DNA of 64,000 bases from Camelus ferus (GCF_009834535.1 NC_045696.1:29018001-29082000), one strand, 5' to 3'; shown: positions 27,848 to 41,985, counted from the stretch's first letter. Notes: a model not told the origin generated them from the letters alone. Program-made: numbers and translations.

Positions 27848-28390
27848 CTCGTTTTAGTCAGTTTAGGCTGCCGTTACAGAACACTGTAGACAGTGTGGCT
27901 TAAGTAACAGTGATTTCTTACCACCCTTCTGGATGTTGGGAAGTCCAAAATCAAAGCATTGGCAGATATGGTATCTGGTGAGAACACTCTTTCCAGTTTA
28001 CAGATGGCTTTCTTTTAGAAATCATCTCAGGTCTCTTCTTAAAAGGATACAAATTTTGTTTATCAGGGATCCACCCACAGGATCTACAGTTGACCCTTGA
28101 ACAATGCAGGGGCTGGTGTGCTGACCCTTCCCACATTTGAAAATCCAAGTATAGCTTTATAGTGGGCCTTCCATCGATGCAGTTCTGCATCTTCAGATTC
28201 AACCAACTGCAGACCGTATAGTATGGTATGTATTTACTGAAAAAATTCCTTGTATAAGTGGACCTGCTAGAGTTCAAACCCTTGTTGTTCAAGGTCAATT
28301 GTAATCATCTCCTAAAGGCCAATCACACTGGGGCTTAGGATTTCAACATACGAATTGGAGGTGGGGCACAAAAATTCATTTGGTAACCAG
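27848..28390 (-). mobile_element. MLT1A-like MaLR LTR, interrupted by MER8
   Basis: 'ttagtcagtttaggctgccgttacagaacac...ctggatgttgggaagtccaaaatcaaagcattggcag...ttaggatttcaacatacgaatt'. Confidence 0.88.
28087..28301. mobile_element. MER8 (TcMar-Tigger MITE)
   Basis: TIRs cagttgacccttgaacaa / ttgttcaaggtcaattg; TA TSD at 28085-28086 and 28302-28303. Confidence 0.92.
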
Positions 28391-28419
28391 CCTGTAACTA
28401 AGCCCTAATTCATCCATTT

Positions 28420-28590
28420 ATTGAATACATAAGTGTGGACAATGTTCTTAATTCTATATCCCATTTTTCTCATATGTAAATTGGGGATAACACTAATATC
28501 TGGTTGATTGTTCCTGTGAGGATTAAAGGAACAATAGATGTAATTTTTGGCAAATAATAAAAAATAAACCAAGTATATTATTATTATTAT
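28420..28590 (+). mobile_element. MIR fragment
   Basis: 'tttttctcatatgtaaattggggataacactaat...tgttcctgtgaggattaa'. Confidence 0.7.
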
Positions 28591-31500
28591 TTTATAAACA
28601 TTATGGCCACAAATCAAACATAGACATTCAAATAGTCTTTATAGCAATTAAAAATGGTCACTAGTGGGACTGAGATGTTTGCTACGAAGGAACCTAATTC
28701 GTTGATATTTATATCAAAAGAAAGGAGGATGGCTGCCTTCATTTATGGCCACAGAGTCATAATAAATTTTCTCTCCCTCAGCAGTTCTGAACTTGTGAGC
28801 TTCATTAGTTTTCATCACAATCAACGTGTTAGGAAGCACACTGAAGTCATTTAGGTGGGGCTCTATTTGCTGATCTTTTTTGCAAATTGAAAGTGGCTTT
28901 GAGCTACATCCACTCTGGCAACCCTCATCTTCTAATAATTGCACAAATAACTACTGAGCTGAAAAAAACTGATGACAAATCTAATCTTTTATAACAGTCT
29001 GTGCCTATGTGATTATTCAAAGGCATTACTCAAGAGTTTGGCTGCTGATGTACAAATTAGAAGATACAAAGGTATAACCTAATGTATGTATGTACGTATC
29101 AAGCAAATGAGAGTCCAGATCACTCTATAAGAAAACATTTAACAGATCTTTTACATCCGTATGCTTGTTGTATTATTGTATTCTTATTTGTTATTTCCTT
29201 GAAGACACCACGCTTTCTGTCTACTACTCTTTGGCAGCACAATAAATGTCTTCTCAGTTAAAGAATGGGTAAATTCATGTTCACTTTTCCCAGGAGATAA
29301 TTGGATTTTTTTTTTAATTTTAAATGAGATAAGCATCCTGGATAACTTACAGGAATACAAAGCAACACACATTGTGTATATATTCATATATGGATATAAT
29401 TCTAATTCTAGGGGTTTGTTTTACACATACAGTTTTATTTCTTAATATAAGTAGAACTAATCAATATTCTCAGGGAAGTTAAGATTAATTTAAAAATAAT
29501 TGCTTAACATAATTTCATATTTGATACAATTTTTATTCTCGTAAGAAGCTCTATGACTCCTTTTGTCACTATTAAGTACTCTTCCCCACCTGATTCCACT
29601 AACTGTCTCATGTTCATTTGTTGTTTTTAACAGACCTCACAGAAAGTTAGGAAGAGCCCAGTTTTAAGGTGAAGGAATCAATGAATTTAGTTAAGTCTAC
29701 ATTCAAGGAATTACTAGTTAACAACCTTGCTCTCCCACCCACAATAGTGTGGTTTCCATTTGTCTAAATTATTTGGAGGATTCAATTCTTTACTCTCAAT
29801 AAAGTGACTAACAAAACATCAAGCAGTTAAAGGTGAGAGGTGAAAGCAGCCGGGGAGGGAAAGGAGAAGGCGAGTAGAGAATAAAGAAGCATTTTGTGTT
29901 TGTTTATTAGGAAAACAAAGGAATGGTATAATAGATTTGTCCATTTCCCAATCGTGTTTGTTGGACCCAATTGTTTCTAAGTATTTATTTTCTTAAAATG
30001 TTTGTCTTTTCCAAATATTGTCACTTTTCTGATGAATGTGAGTGGATTTATAAATAAGTAAAATTAAATACATGAACTCTCAGCGTAAAATAGTGAGCAA
30101 ATACATTCAAATCTTGTCATTGCTCATAAAGCCTTCAGACTCAGACGTTACATTTGCCAGAAAAGCAGGAACTGAATGTAATTGCTTTTCAAGAGTGAAA
30201 TGAAATGCTTCCTCTCTAGAACATTTCAGTTTTGTATGTTGGTGGGCAGTGGGGAGAGGCGGGACCATTGTTCAGTTGCTGACTACTGTTAGAAAAGTTT
30301 TCTTAGCGTTAAAATTATAGTAAGTCAGTCAACAAACAATATTTGTGATGACTTATTCACCAATACTAAACTCAATGTGCCTCCTAAATTTAATGTTGCA
30401 TCAACTTCATTTTGCATTAACCTCAAATCCACTACTGAGTTATGGGTCCACAAATATCCTTTTTTTTTTTCTGCCAGCATTTATTTGTAAGATTCTTCCG
30501 ATTGCATCAAATTTCCTGTGCTGCCTTCCAATAATGACATTGTTTCAGCTGTGAGAACTTATTAGGAAATATATGATGCTTGCAGTTTTGCAGAAGTTGA
30601 TTCCCCCCTGTGGAATAATCTCCATTCTAATTGGACTGTAAAATTCCTATAAATTATTTCAATCTCATTTCAGACTGGGACATATTTCATTGATTGGTAA
30701 TAGCCTTAAATTACTTTTTATTGTGATTGTAATGTTTTCCTGTCAAGTAGCAGGAAACAGTAAATTATAGAGTAATTTAACAGGTGGAAATATACAGAAG
30801 CAAGAATTGTTAGAAACAAAGATGAACCATTAGAACAAATTGCAGTCTGCACATACCTAATCAGTTCTTTCATCTCTATGCCTTAAGAAATCAGTTCTGT
30901 CTCCCATAAAGTTTAATTAATCGGCAATCCTGAACTAGCATGGAAAATAAAACCTGTGTATTTGGGAACCATGGAATCATAAAATTAGAATACAACAAAA
31001 TATATTTGAATGCATTTATTTGGGGATAAGAATGTTTTATTTTAATACCACAAACTCTATACTGAAGGACCAGTACTAAAGTATAAACCAGTAAATACCT
31101 CTTGGCCTTAAATGAGCTTTTCCACCACACACTTAGACAAAATAACGCCATCACTCTCGATAAAAGAGAAGTAGGTTGTACACAAGGAGTATAATTTTGT
31201 TGAGAGTTTTGTAAGCACAGGGCCTTCGTGGAATTTCTGTGCACACTTCAGATGGAAGCCCTCAGGGACTGCTAATGGGCTCTAATCAGAAGTGAAAATT
31301 TATGAAAATCAGTTTTCTTTCATAGAAAGACTGAATCTGCAAAACCTCCCAGTTATCTGAGTGTCACTGTTATTTAATCTAACGTGAGTACTCTATTTCT
31401 AAATCTAAATGAGATTCACTTTAATGTACTTAGAAGATACTCTGACTTTTCCAGAATCCAGGGACATAAAGAAACGCAGTTTTGGAGACTTTCAACAACT

Positions 31501-31834
31501 ATTTAGTCATGGACCTGTCTTTTGAAAATTTTGAAATCATTAAAACTTACTAAATTAATTAATGAAATTGGCAATAATTGCTTCCTACATAACAAAATCA
31601 GGGAAGAAATACAAAACAATATGCCAAACAGTAAAATAGATTTTATTTTGGAAAGTGTTGAATGCTTACGTAGGTGAAGGTGTGTGAATGTGTGTGTGAC
31701 TGTATGTATTTGTATATCTAAGTAAAATTTAAATTCTTCAGTTAAATTTAATACTATATTTTAACCACTTGAATAGTATATAATACCTTGACATTAAGTT
31801 CAACTAAAATAAATGTACTGTATGATTTTCTCAA

Positions 31835-32050
31835 GGAGGTAATGTAATGTAGTAGAAATAACATGAATTTATGAGCCAAAAAGGTCTAGACTCCATTCCT
31901 GGTTCTAGTATGTACTTTCATATAACTCTGTTTATAGAATCCTTTTCTACATAAATATAAAATGAATAGGATAGAACCTATTTTGAGTTATGGCATGAAG
32001 ATTAATATAGTCATTTAAAGTTACCTTATATCTTTTCTGAAGAAAATAAT
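31835..32050 (+). mobile_element. MIR fragment
   Basis: 'ggaggtaatgtaatgtagtagaaataacatgaatttatgagcc...cctggttctagtatgtact'. Confidence 0.6.
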
Positions 32051-32519
32051 GCCATAAATTATTTAATAGAGATTAAATGCTCACTAAACCTTAACCAAAT
32101 TTTAAATTTGATTTCACTGAATCCAAGCTATCAATTTGTAAGATGTATATTGTATTCCTCTAAAAAAGGCAAGTAAATAGTGACACAATACATTAAAGTA
32201 GTACAATATGGCACATGTTTTGTCCTTATTAGCTTCTACTTGCTCTGAAATGTCTTCTCTCTCTTCTGAAAGATTTGAAATTTCTTATGCCTTCCATTCA
32301 TTTCAGTAAAAAAAAAAAAAAACAGTTTCAACTAGTGTATCTTCCTCTTTTAGGTCTCATAAACCACTTTGTAGTTGACCTATTTCATTCATAAAATGTA
32401 TAACCAACTATACATTCCATGACTGTGTTCTCAGCAACTTTTTGTTTCAATGCTAATCAGTGAATAGTGGGTTTTTTTTTAATTTTTAAGTAATTATTTG
32501 AATAATTTATAAATGGAAA

Positions 32520-32745
32520 TTATGCTCAACATGGGAAATGCCAAAAATGCATGTAAGCCAATAGCTGTGGCTGCATTATGAACAGTTCTGACCAACTGGT
32601 GGCTGAATAGATGTTCACTAAGTCATGACTGCCATCTGGCCAATGGCAAACACACAATGCTGTTGATTGCAAGCTGCAATTCAATTTTGAAGATGATAAA
32701 ATGTGAAGTTCTTTGCATCTTAGAATGGATGGCATATTGGATTAT
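32520..32745. mobile_element. Ancient TcMar-Tigger-like DNA transposon end
   Basis: 'gattgcaagctgcaattcaattttgaagatgataaaatgtgaag...gcatcttagaatggatggcatattg' resembles old Tigger termini. Confidence 0.55.
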
Positions 32746-35700
32746 TGCTGATGCAGGACATTTAACACCTGTTGAATTTCTATTATATTCCATAAACTCT
32801 TCTTAGAAATGCCTGGCCCAAAGGGTAGATAAAAAAGAAGAAAACATATTTTGTGACCTAGAGAGGTTAATTAAAATGTCATCAAGGTTATAGCAACACA
32901 TTTTAATCTCTTGTTGAGCTCAGGTCTACCTCTAACTCAGTACACTCCCCAGTGGAATTAGCACTTGTTTCTATGACTGAGCCTTACTGTTGGGTCTGGC
33001 CATAGCTCTTTTATAGAAAAAACTTTTGAATGGGTAATTCATTTTAGATGATTTTGGATAGTTTCCCTCATAGAGCTGGTGTGATAAAATAGCCCCTCTG
33101 AGAAGAAGTAATTCAGCCCTTAGGTATCTAATTAAAGCTGGGTGAACACAAAACAGAGCCTCCACTAATCCAGCTATTCAAATAATACTAACAACTTAAC
33201 TATGGTCATTCACTTTTTCCCTTCATTAAAAAAAAATCCATGAAATCCCTACTATGTGTGAATCATTATATTAGCTGCTTGAGATACAGCATAGTTAGTG
33301 AGTTGGAAACAAAGTATGTTTTGAATATAAAATTCCTACTATTAATAAAAAATTGTGAATCTTTTGAATACATACTTTCTATACTATTGTGGTGGACCCA
33401 AGGTAGCTATGAGTATTTAGGTGAGGATTCAAATAATCTGATCATATTTTTTCAGAGAAGATTAATGGTAAATAATATACTATAAGTCAATATTAGAGTT
33501 CATGTATATATACATATATAGATACACATGTGCTTCACATGTTTCATGAAGTTTCAGCTGCATATGAATTTCATACAGCTAAATTAGACAGCGAACCTGC
33601 AAGTATCTAGTAAATCAAGTATCCCTCACCTGTCCATCTATAAAGGTTGTTTGACACTAGTAGACAATAGATCAAAAGGGACACATTGTAAATTATGAGA
33701 TGTGATCCACTTAAGCAAATGTCATATGGAAGCAATATGAGATCCATAAAATATGTGTTAATGAATTATAACAGAAGACAGCAAATAGTTTATGGAAACC
33801 AAATGAAGTGCTGTGCCCATTATAACATCAACAAAAAAGGTAAAAATGAGGGGATAAAATGAGAAGAACAAATAACTATGGGAATATCAAACACAGGTCT
33901 TAGATGAAAATAATTACCAAACTGCTAATTGTGAATGATCAAAACATAGGAAAGGTGATTTTTTCCTCTTTTCAGCAGCACAGTGATTTGGGTATTATTT
34001 GCATGCCATGCATATTTATCATTCCATATGAATATTTCATATTAAAATTAAAAGTTTCTCATATTTTATCAATTTCTATAGCCACCAACAAGGGACAAGT
34101 CACACTTATGAGAGACAAATTTAGAACTGCTGAAATAGCAATCAAGTATATGTTTATCTTTCAGGATTTTACATTGGGACTTATCTTTAGTATCTGAGAG
34201 GACTGTATAATCACCTAACAGTTCCTCAAAAATGCCTCTAGAAATAAATGTACCTCCTAGAAACAGTTACTTGAGTTAGAAAAGTCTTGATCTGCACCCC
34301 CTGCCAATGTCACAGCAATACCTTCATTTTTATGTGTTGTGTTCACTGATACCTTTTCTCTGACTGCTAAAGTTGAGCATAATAATTATTGAAAACTGAA
34401 AATACTGAAGTTGTAAGGAGAAGAAATTTTTAGTATTGCCTCCTGGTATGGGATTATGTTGAGCTATTGACATGAAACAGTTCATTAAGCAGCATCATGG
34501 AAGCTATAACACTGGACACTTCCCTTAAAGTCTGAGCTGTTCTCTTTTATGAAAGCACACTGACCTGGGGAACTCTAGTTTCTGGGCTATGAAAATGCCT
34601 CAGTCCACTAGACCACTACATCATTTATTCCTCTGTTTCTGTGTATCCAGCAGTCGTTCCTCCAACTGCCTAGCCCACAACATCCAGAGATCATAGATGT
34701 GGGTCTTTCTCAATGTGAAGGAGGTCGACCTGCAATGGCTTAAATTTCATGCTGTTTTCACCGCTGCAACTGAAGCAGGAAAAGCTACTTCTGGTTTTTC
34801 AGTCTTCGCAGTCAGACCCATATTTTAAAAACACCCTTCAACCTGGAAGCATATTGCCCACTACTTTCCCTTTAAGACTTAACAATCAGATCATCTACAT
34901 GATTCACAGATTTTATCTCTTCACTGAGAGCATCTCCCTTGTTATTTCAGCACTTCTATTGCCCTGAAAAGATAGGTTCTCTCTCAGAGCAGCCATGATA
35001 GCATAGCATGAATACATTTTTTAACAAAATTAATGTCACAAAATAATTTGAACTTCAGTGATTTATAGCAAAATTCCAAATGACTTTTATAGTGCATTTT
35101 CTCATTTCTGCTATCGTTTTGGCTTAAAACTTTACTTGGTGTAATTTAATGATTGAGTTCTGACTGAAATTAGAAGTTGTTCTCTGATCTGACATAGAAT
35201 AAAGTTCCTAACCAAACCAACTATCAATGTAGAAGTTAATTTAGCAGATTCGACTGAGGAAAGCAGACAAAAAGTCCCAAGTATGTCCCAAATATGAGTA
35301 TTGACAACATTTTTTAAACTTGATTTTTTGTCATAGAAAGTTAATATACAAAAGTAAAGAAACCAGAGTTACCAATGATAAATCTCTTCAGGGAGAAAAA
35401 TGCTGAATTTAAATTTATTTGCCCAAATAGATACCTTTGAATGATGACAACAAACATAAAAATGTTGTACCACTTCAACAATAATCTGTAAACCTATATG
35501 CTCAGTAATAAACATCCAGAAGTAGCTGGGGAAAAATTTGCTTAAATATATAGATATGTTGGACAAATAACACTGACAATCAGAATATTTCAAAAGTTTC
35601 TTAGGAATCACGTATTCAAACACTTGGAAAATGCAAAATATAATTCTGTACATCCATTACAGATAAACTTTGAATAAATTCTTCAAATGGTAAAGATTTC

Positions 35701-36299
35701 ATTTCAGGTCTCCTAATGCAGCCCTACCTTGCCAAGCTGTAATTGTTATAAAATATTTTATCATATAATGAGATAATTATCTTCTCATAATTGCCAATTG
35801 ATTATATTCCTGCCTCCCTGAAAAGCATAGAATAAGAAGTCACCTCCACCTCTACATGGTTATTCTTTAAATATTTTATGGGACTATGATGTCTCTATCT
35901 TTTCCATGTCCCTCTAAATAAATTAGACTTCTTCAAACATATATATATATACATATACATACATACATATATATATATATGATCTAGATTATAACTAGCC
36001 AAACTAGCCCCTCTGACTCTGAAGCACTCTAGTTTGTCAAATTTCATCCTAAAACATGGTTTCAAAAGTTGAATCAATAGTTCATAAGTTGCCTGATTAA
36101 TTCAACATTCATGAAAAGACAAAAGAAATTGGATCAACAATTAAGAATTTGTAGATTCATTACACTTCTGCAAAATTGATGTCATTACGTGTGTTTATAA
36201 TCGCTCAAGAATCTTAAATTGATTTTAAATTTCTCCTTATAAGGGAAAAGGATACCTGATTTTCTGAATTCTTTAAAAAAAAATCTTTTCTTTTGGTTG

Positions 36300-39015
36300 T
36301 GTGGGCACATCCAGTGCATTTGGTCTACCTCATTTCTACTCTTCCCTTCACTTTCTTGCTCTAGTAGAAACCTGATTCTCTCTTCAAGACACTGATTTCT
36401 CTGCTCTCCTCCTCAGTCTTGGCAGTTTTTTCTCCCACAACCTCTGTTGTGGCTTTTTGTTCAGTCTCCCTTCTTTCTTTCTAAAACCCCTCAGCTCCAG
36501 TTTTGTGTCATCAACTTCTCCACACAGTTGCTAATATTTGTGAACCTACTCCCATTTCTTAATTACTTAAGCTCCTGACATTCTTACTTTTTGGCAATTT
36601 AAATAAACATATTGATGATGCTTTCCATATGTTAACATCACAAATCCTTTAAATCTGCTCCTTCAATTATATTATTTTTTTTTTACCCTTCTTCAGCTTC
36701 TCCTCCCCATGGTCATATCCTAGAAATTATCATTACCAATAGTCCCATCTCCTTCAAAAAGTTATTTCCATGCATCTGAATGACCACCAGCTCCCATCTT
36801 TCAAGCCAATTTTTCTGCACCTAGTTCCAAGAATTTTTTCATCCCACTGAGATCACGAATTAATTTTTCAACCATTCCTCTCCCCTTGTATGCTCTCTCT
36901 CATATCCATAACGAAGTTGAATTTAATAATCAATCATTATAATCATTCCCTTACATATACCTTAGATTCTATTTTTCCTCTTGACTGTTCTCATTTGGCA
37001 AACCACACCCACGTTTAATCCAATTCTGGACCTGCTCCACACCTGTACCTAAGAGGATGAATATAGCTGTAACCACTTGTGTGGTTTCACTTTACATTTT
37101 TTACCTTACTCTTAAATGCATCACAATTCTGTTGTGTATTCACATTATATGTCTCTTCCAGTCACTCCTGTAATTTTCTATGACAGAGGTTGCTAAATGT
37201 TTTTTTAAAGGGCCAGATAGTAAATATTTTTGGCTTGCAGGTCATACAGATTCTGTTGTAATTACTCAGTTCTGCCATTGAAGCTTGAAGAAGCAATACA
37301 CAATATGTAAACAAATGGATGAGGGTACATTTAAGTTAAAATTCAAATAGACCGGTGGCTTGTAGAGCATAGATTGCCAACCCCCGTGCCAACAGACAAT
37401 TTTCCACTGTATCCTCCCTCTCTCCTCAAACCTATAATACCTTCTCTACTTACTCACCCAATGGAAGACTTGGCTTTTACCTTCACTGAGAAAATGGAAG
37501 CAATCAGAAACAAACATCCATAGAACACCATCATTACATGCTTGTCAGCATGTGCTTCATATACTCTGTCTTCCTCTGTTTTACTACAGATGAACTATCC
37601 ATGTTCCTTTATAAAGCTAATACTTCTGGGAATATTCTCTAGCTCTTAAAGACATCTCTCCAAGAATTTCTCCTTTTCTCTCCTATAGCATCAATTATTC
37701 ACTCTTTGTAAAATTATAGGCATGTTATTAGTTATTCTGTTTTAAAAATAATCTATACCCATTGCCTCTAATTTTTTTTAAAACCTTTCCAAGCAGGTGT
37801 TTGCCCCAGTAGGCCACTGATTTATTCTTGTCAATGTCATCGATAGCCTTCAAATTGTTAGATTTACTGGTCAGTTAACATCACAAATCCTTTAAATTTG
37901 CTCCTTCAATTATATTATTTATATAGACTTGATCTATCTATTGATGATCACCTATTGGTGATCACACAATTTATCACCCAAATGGAGATTTTTTAAGTGT
38001 AAAGGAGCCCTGTTATCATGTCTACAAAGACATGACTATACAGAAAGAATGCTTTGGAAAAACAAATACATCTTCAGCACCCTTTCACAGAGTTAATCAC
38101 TCTGTCCTGCTTGGTACACTCTTCCAACTTAGCTTCCAGGACAACGGTTCTACCTGATAGCCTCATACTGACTCATCACTAACTTTTCAACTCATGAAGG
38201 TGATGCCACCTCATCTTCTTTATCTCAGGCCTGGGTCTTTAGTGCCACTGGGCTAAGTTCTGGGCCAACTTTCCTCTCTATACCCCTACCCTTGCTGATC
38301 TTACCCATTATCATGTATTTTAATGCCATAAGAATGCCAGATGATTCACAAATTTATATTTATGGTGAACATTTCTCATAACCTCCTTCACCTTCATCTG
38401 AGCCACCATTATCTTTTAGTCGGATGACTTATCTCAATGATTCTAACCTTGTCCTTCCACCTCTATGCCCAAATCAGCACACAGTGTGATACTCTTAAAA
38501 CAGAAATTAGGCCATACCACTCTACTTCTTCAAACCACCCTTCAAGCAAGGGAGAAGCCAACTATCCTTAGGTTGTATTACTTCCCCATCCCTATATTCA
38601 TCTGCAGCCACAATAATCTTCTTGCTCTGTTCCTTAATATGTTAGGTGTGCTCCAGCCTTAGGAATCTCATTTTGTCTGTTTCATCTGCCTTGAATGGGC
38701 TTCCTAAAGATACCTCTATAAACTCTGACCACTTCCTTTAGGTCTTTGCTCACCTATCTCCTGGTTAATGAAACCTACATGGATCACTTATTTAAAAATT
38801 TTATCTGTCTTTTGCCACACCCATCTTGATTCTGCTTACCTTGTTTTGTTTTTTCTTTTTAATGTAAAAAATTTTGGCCTTTCTTTACTAAAATGTAAGC
38901 TCCACTAATAACACAGATAGCATTAGCATTTCTTTCCTATTTAATATACACCAAACACTTAATATACTGTCCAGTAGTCAGGTACTTAATAATGATGTCA
39001 TTATGTAAAGAATGG
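36300..39015 (+). mobile_element. Long L2 element (endonuclease to 3' end), with a MER58 and a templated insertion inside
   Basis: 'ttggcaattttaaataaacatattgatgat' (GDFN.H.D-like), 'cttcactgagaaaatggaagcaatcaga', 'tagcttccaggacaac', 'gccaccattatctttt'; 3' end 'aaaatgtaagctccac...ggtacttaataat'. Confidence 0.85.
37184..37386. mobile_element. MER58A (hAT-Charlie MITE)
   Basis: 'cagaggttgctaaatg...taaagggccagatagtaaatattt...tagattgccaacccccg'; imperfect TIRs. Confidence 0.88.
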
Positions 39016-39179
39016 AGGCTTGATATAAAGAATGTCTTACCTTCACTATTTATATGATGTGTAAAATATCTTACAAAGCTAGCTCATCCTTAGGTAAATC
39101 TATAAAGATATTGTTTTTCACTTGAAGAAAAATGAAATTTATATTCTCAGTTGTGTAAAATATCTATTTTAATTCTAGG

Positions 39180-39800
39180 TAAGAACATTTTAAATTCAAG
39201 AACAGAACTGACATGACAAATGAGCCTTGGCCTTTGAAACGATTGCCTTTGGAGGCCAACTATTTCATTCTAGGTTTGCTGCCATATTTGGAAAATTTTT
39301 GAAGTGTATTTTCTTTATTTTTTAATTGAAGTATAGTCAATTTGCAATGTTGTGTTAATTTCTGTTGTACAGCAAAGTGATTTAGTTATGTGTATATATA
39401 TATGTGTGTGTATATATATATTTACTTTCATGTTATTTTTCATTACAGGCTATTACAAAGTGTCTAACATTGGCAAACTTTAAAAAAAAAAAGTCTGCTG
39501 TATTTGGAACCAATTTGTAAGGCAAATGAAGAAAAACAATCCCATAACTATGCGTTCACAGCTTATTTTTTGACCACACATTGTACTATCCTATTTGATA
39601 ACTTACTTTATTCTCTATGTTTAAAATGACATCTTTTTTTTTAAACCTAATTTAAAATCAACCCTCAAGGCATGATTATTTGCTACCATTTAGGATGTTC
39701 AAAAGAATGAGTAAGAGATTTGGAAGGCAATTCAAAAAATACATCTCTAGAAATAGCAACATCATTTAAATGCATTTTTAGAAGGAACAGTCATTTGAAT
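39180..39800. mobile_element. MARNA-like Mariner-derived element, interrupted by an L1 3' end
   Basis: 'aaaatcaaccctcaagggcatgattatttgctaccatttaggatgttcaaaagaatg...gaaggcaattc' resembles a degenerate Mariner transposase C-terminus. Confidence 0.55.
39310..39462 (-). mobile_element. Short L1 3' end (cetartiodactyl-type)
   Basis: 'ttttaattgaagtatagtcaatttgcaatgttgtgttaatttctgttgtacagcaaagtgatttagttat(TA)n'. Confidence 0.85.
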
Positions 39801-41672
39801 ATTCGAATTTTAGAATGGTTGTTAAAATCCAGTAGCATCACTGCATAGATACACTTTGTATCCTCTGCTAACTTCCAGACACAGGGCTCTTTAAAAACAT
39901 TCAATAACACAATAGCAAGAAAATCAGCAGAAACTTTCTTAATATTATTCTCAAAAAGTAATAATATTACTATCAGCACAACAGCAATAAAAGATGAATT
40001 TGTTTCCTTTCTTGTTTACATCTAAATTTTATGTATGTTCCCACCCTCTCTTCTTTTTCTAACTCTTCATTTACTAACATTCTGCAAATATCAGTTTCTA
40101 CAATGCTAAATATATTGACATTTCTATTAACTGTATATGGTATACTCTATAATGTGAATATACACTTAAGAGAAATTTATGAAAATTATGACCCACAAAT
40201 AGATAAGGATTTAATTTTGAAAGCATAGAAAGTAACAAGACTTGGGGGAAATTTCTGAATTACAAAATGTTCACAGAATTTTCCTTTGCTAATATAATTC
40301 CCATTTAAGTTATTCTGTATCAATTTCTTAGATCCAAAAGTACTTAAAGACTTTTTTCTGGACATGAAAAGCTCATGTTTACCTTTTTGTTTATCTGATA
40401 TTAACAAATAAGACGAAAACAAATGTAATAGTACCAATGTTCTCCAATTTATTTGTACTTGCCTCATCACCTAGAGAGTATCATCTATTTCTGTTTTATG
40501 GTATATGTTAAATATGGTCAATTTGATTTTAAAATTTAAGGATATAATCAAATACTCTCATTTTTGTATAGCATCATCTTACCAATGCTTTCCCAACTCA
40601 CAAGCCACTTAAATCAATATGTTTAAAATAAATATATCTATTTCAATTAAACAATATATTAAGATAAATATCTCATTTTATATAGCTGTCAATTCCAATG
40701 ACATTTTTCACAGAAATAAAACAATCCTAAAATTTGTATAAAACTACAAAAGACCATTAATAGCCAAACCAATCTTGAAAAAGAAGAACAAAGCTGAAGG
40801 CATCATACTTCCTGATTTCAAACTGTATTACAAAGCTATAGTAAGCAAAATAGTAAGGTAACAGCATAAAAACAGACAAAAATTAATGGAACAGAATAGA
40901 GAGCTCAGAAATTAACCCATGCATATACAGTCAATTAATTTATGACAAAGGAGACAAGAATATATAATGGTGGAAAGGACCGTCTCTTCAATAAATGTTG
41001 TTTTGAAAACTGGACAGCTATATGCAAAGTAATAACACTCGGGCACTATCTTAGACCATATACAAAAATTAATTCAAAAAATATTAAATACTTGAACATA
41101 ATTGAACATAAAACCTGAAACTATAAAACTCCTAGAAAAAAAAATAGGTGAAAAGCTCTCTGACATTGGTATGAGTGATATTTTTTAAAAATTTGATACC
41201 AAATGTAAAGGCATCAAAAGAAAAAGTAAACAAATGGGACTACATCAAACTAAAAATCTTCTGCAAAGCAAAGGAAACCATGAACAAAACATAAAGGCAA
41301 CCTACCAATGGGAGAAAATATTTGCAAAGCTAATAGCAGATAAAGGGTTAATATCCAAGATGTATAAAGAACACATACAACTCAATAGGAAAAAAAATGA
41401 TCAAAAATGGGCATAAGATTTGAATAGAAATTTTTTCAAAGAAGACATACAGGTACATAAGATAGCCAGGTACATTAAAAGATGCTCAACATCAGTAATC
41501 ATTAGGGAAATGCAAATCAAAATCACAGTGAGATATCACCTCACACCTATCAGACTGGCTATTTTCAAAAAGAAAAGACATAACATGTTGGTGAAGATGT
41601 GGGGAACAGGGAACCCTTGTGCACTCTTGTTGTGAATAGAAATTAGTGCAGAAACTAAGGAAAATGGTATGG

Positions 41673-41985
41673 CTTCAGAGCTGTGACAAGCACTTTACTC
41701 TTAGCAGATTTCTCTCCTCACTGTCTGCTGTGTTTTGTGTTGTGTCCATCGTGTAAGACACATGTGTTAATAGGTTTCTCCACAGTGTGTTCTGCAGACT
41801 GAGTCTAGGAACCTGTGCGAAGGTACCATGAGATCTGGTTTAGATTTACTTTTTTTTTTTACCATAATTTAATTAATTATTTCATTTCTTATGTTAACAT
41901 GAAAAATGAATGCCAAATGATTAGTGGATTATGGTTTTTAATTTAATATTTAAATAAAATATTTGGGGAAAAGACATTGAAAAAA
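41673..41985 (+). pseudogene. Non-L1 insert resembling a retroposed transcript 3' end
   Basis: Splits the L1 motif ggaaaa..tatgg|aggttcctcaaaa. 'tatgg' flanks both sides (41668-41672, 41986-41990). AATAAA at 41953-41958 and an A6 run at 41980-41985. Confidence 0.55.

Noticed and set aside
27951..28298. 115-aa ORF
   Set aside because: Lies across the non-coding repeats MER8 and MLT1.
41234..41635. ORFs with protein-like sequence (WEKIFAK..., IIREMQIK...)
   Set aside because: Fragments of dead L1 ORF2, not a host gene.
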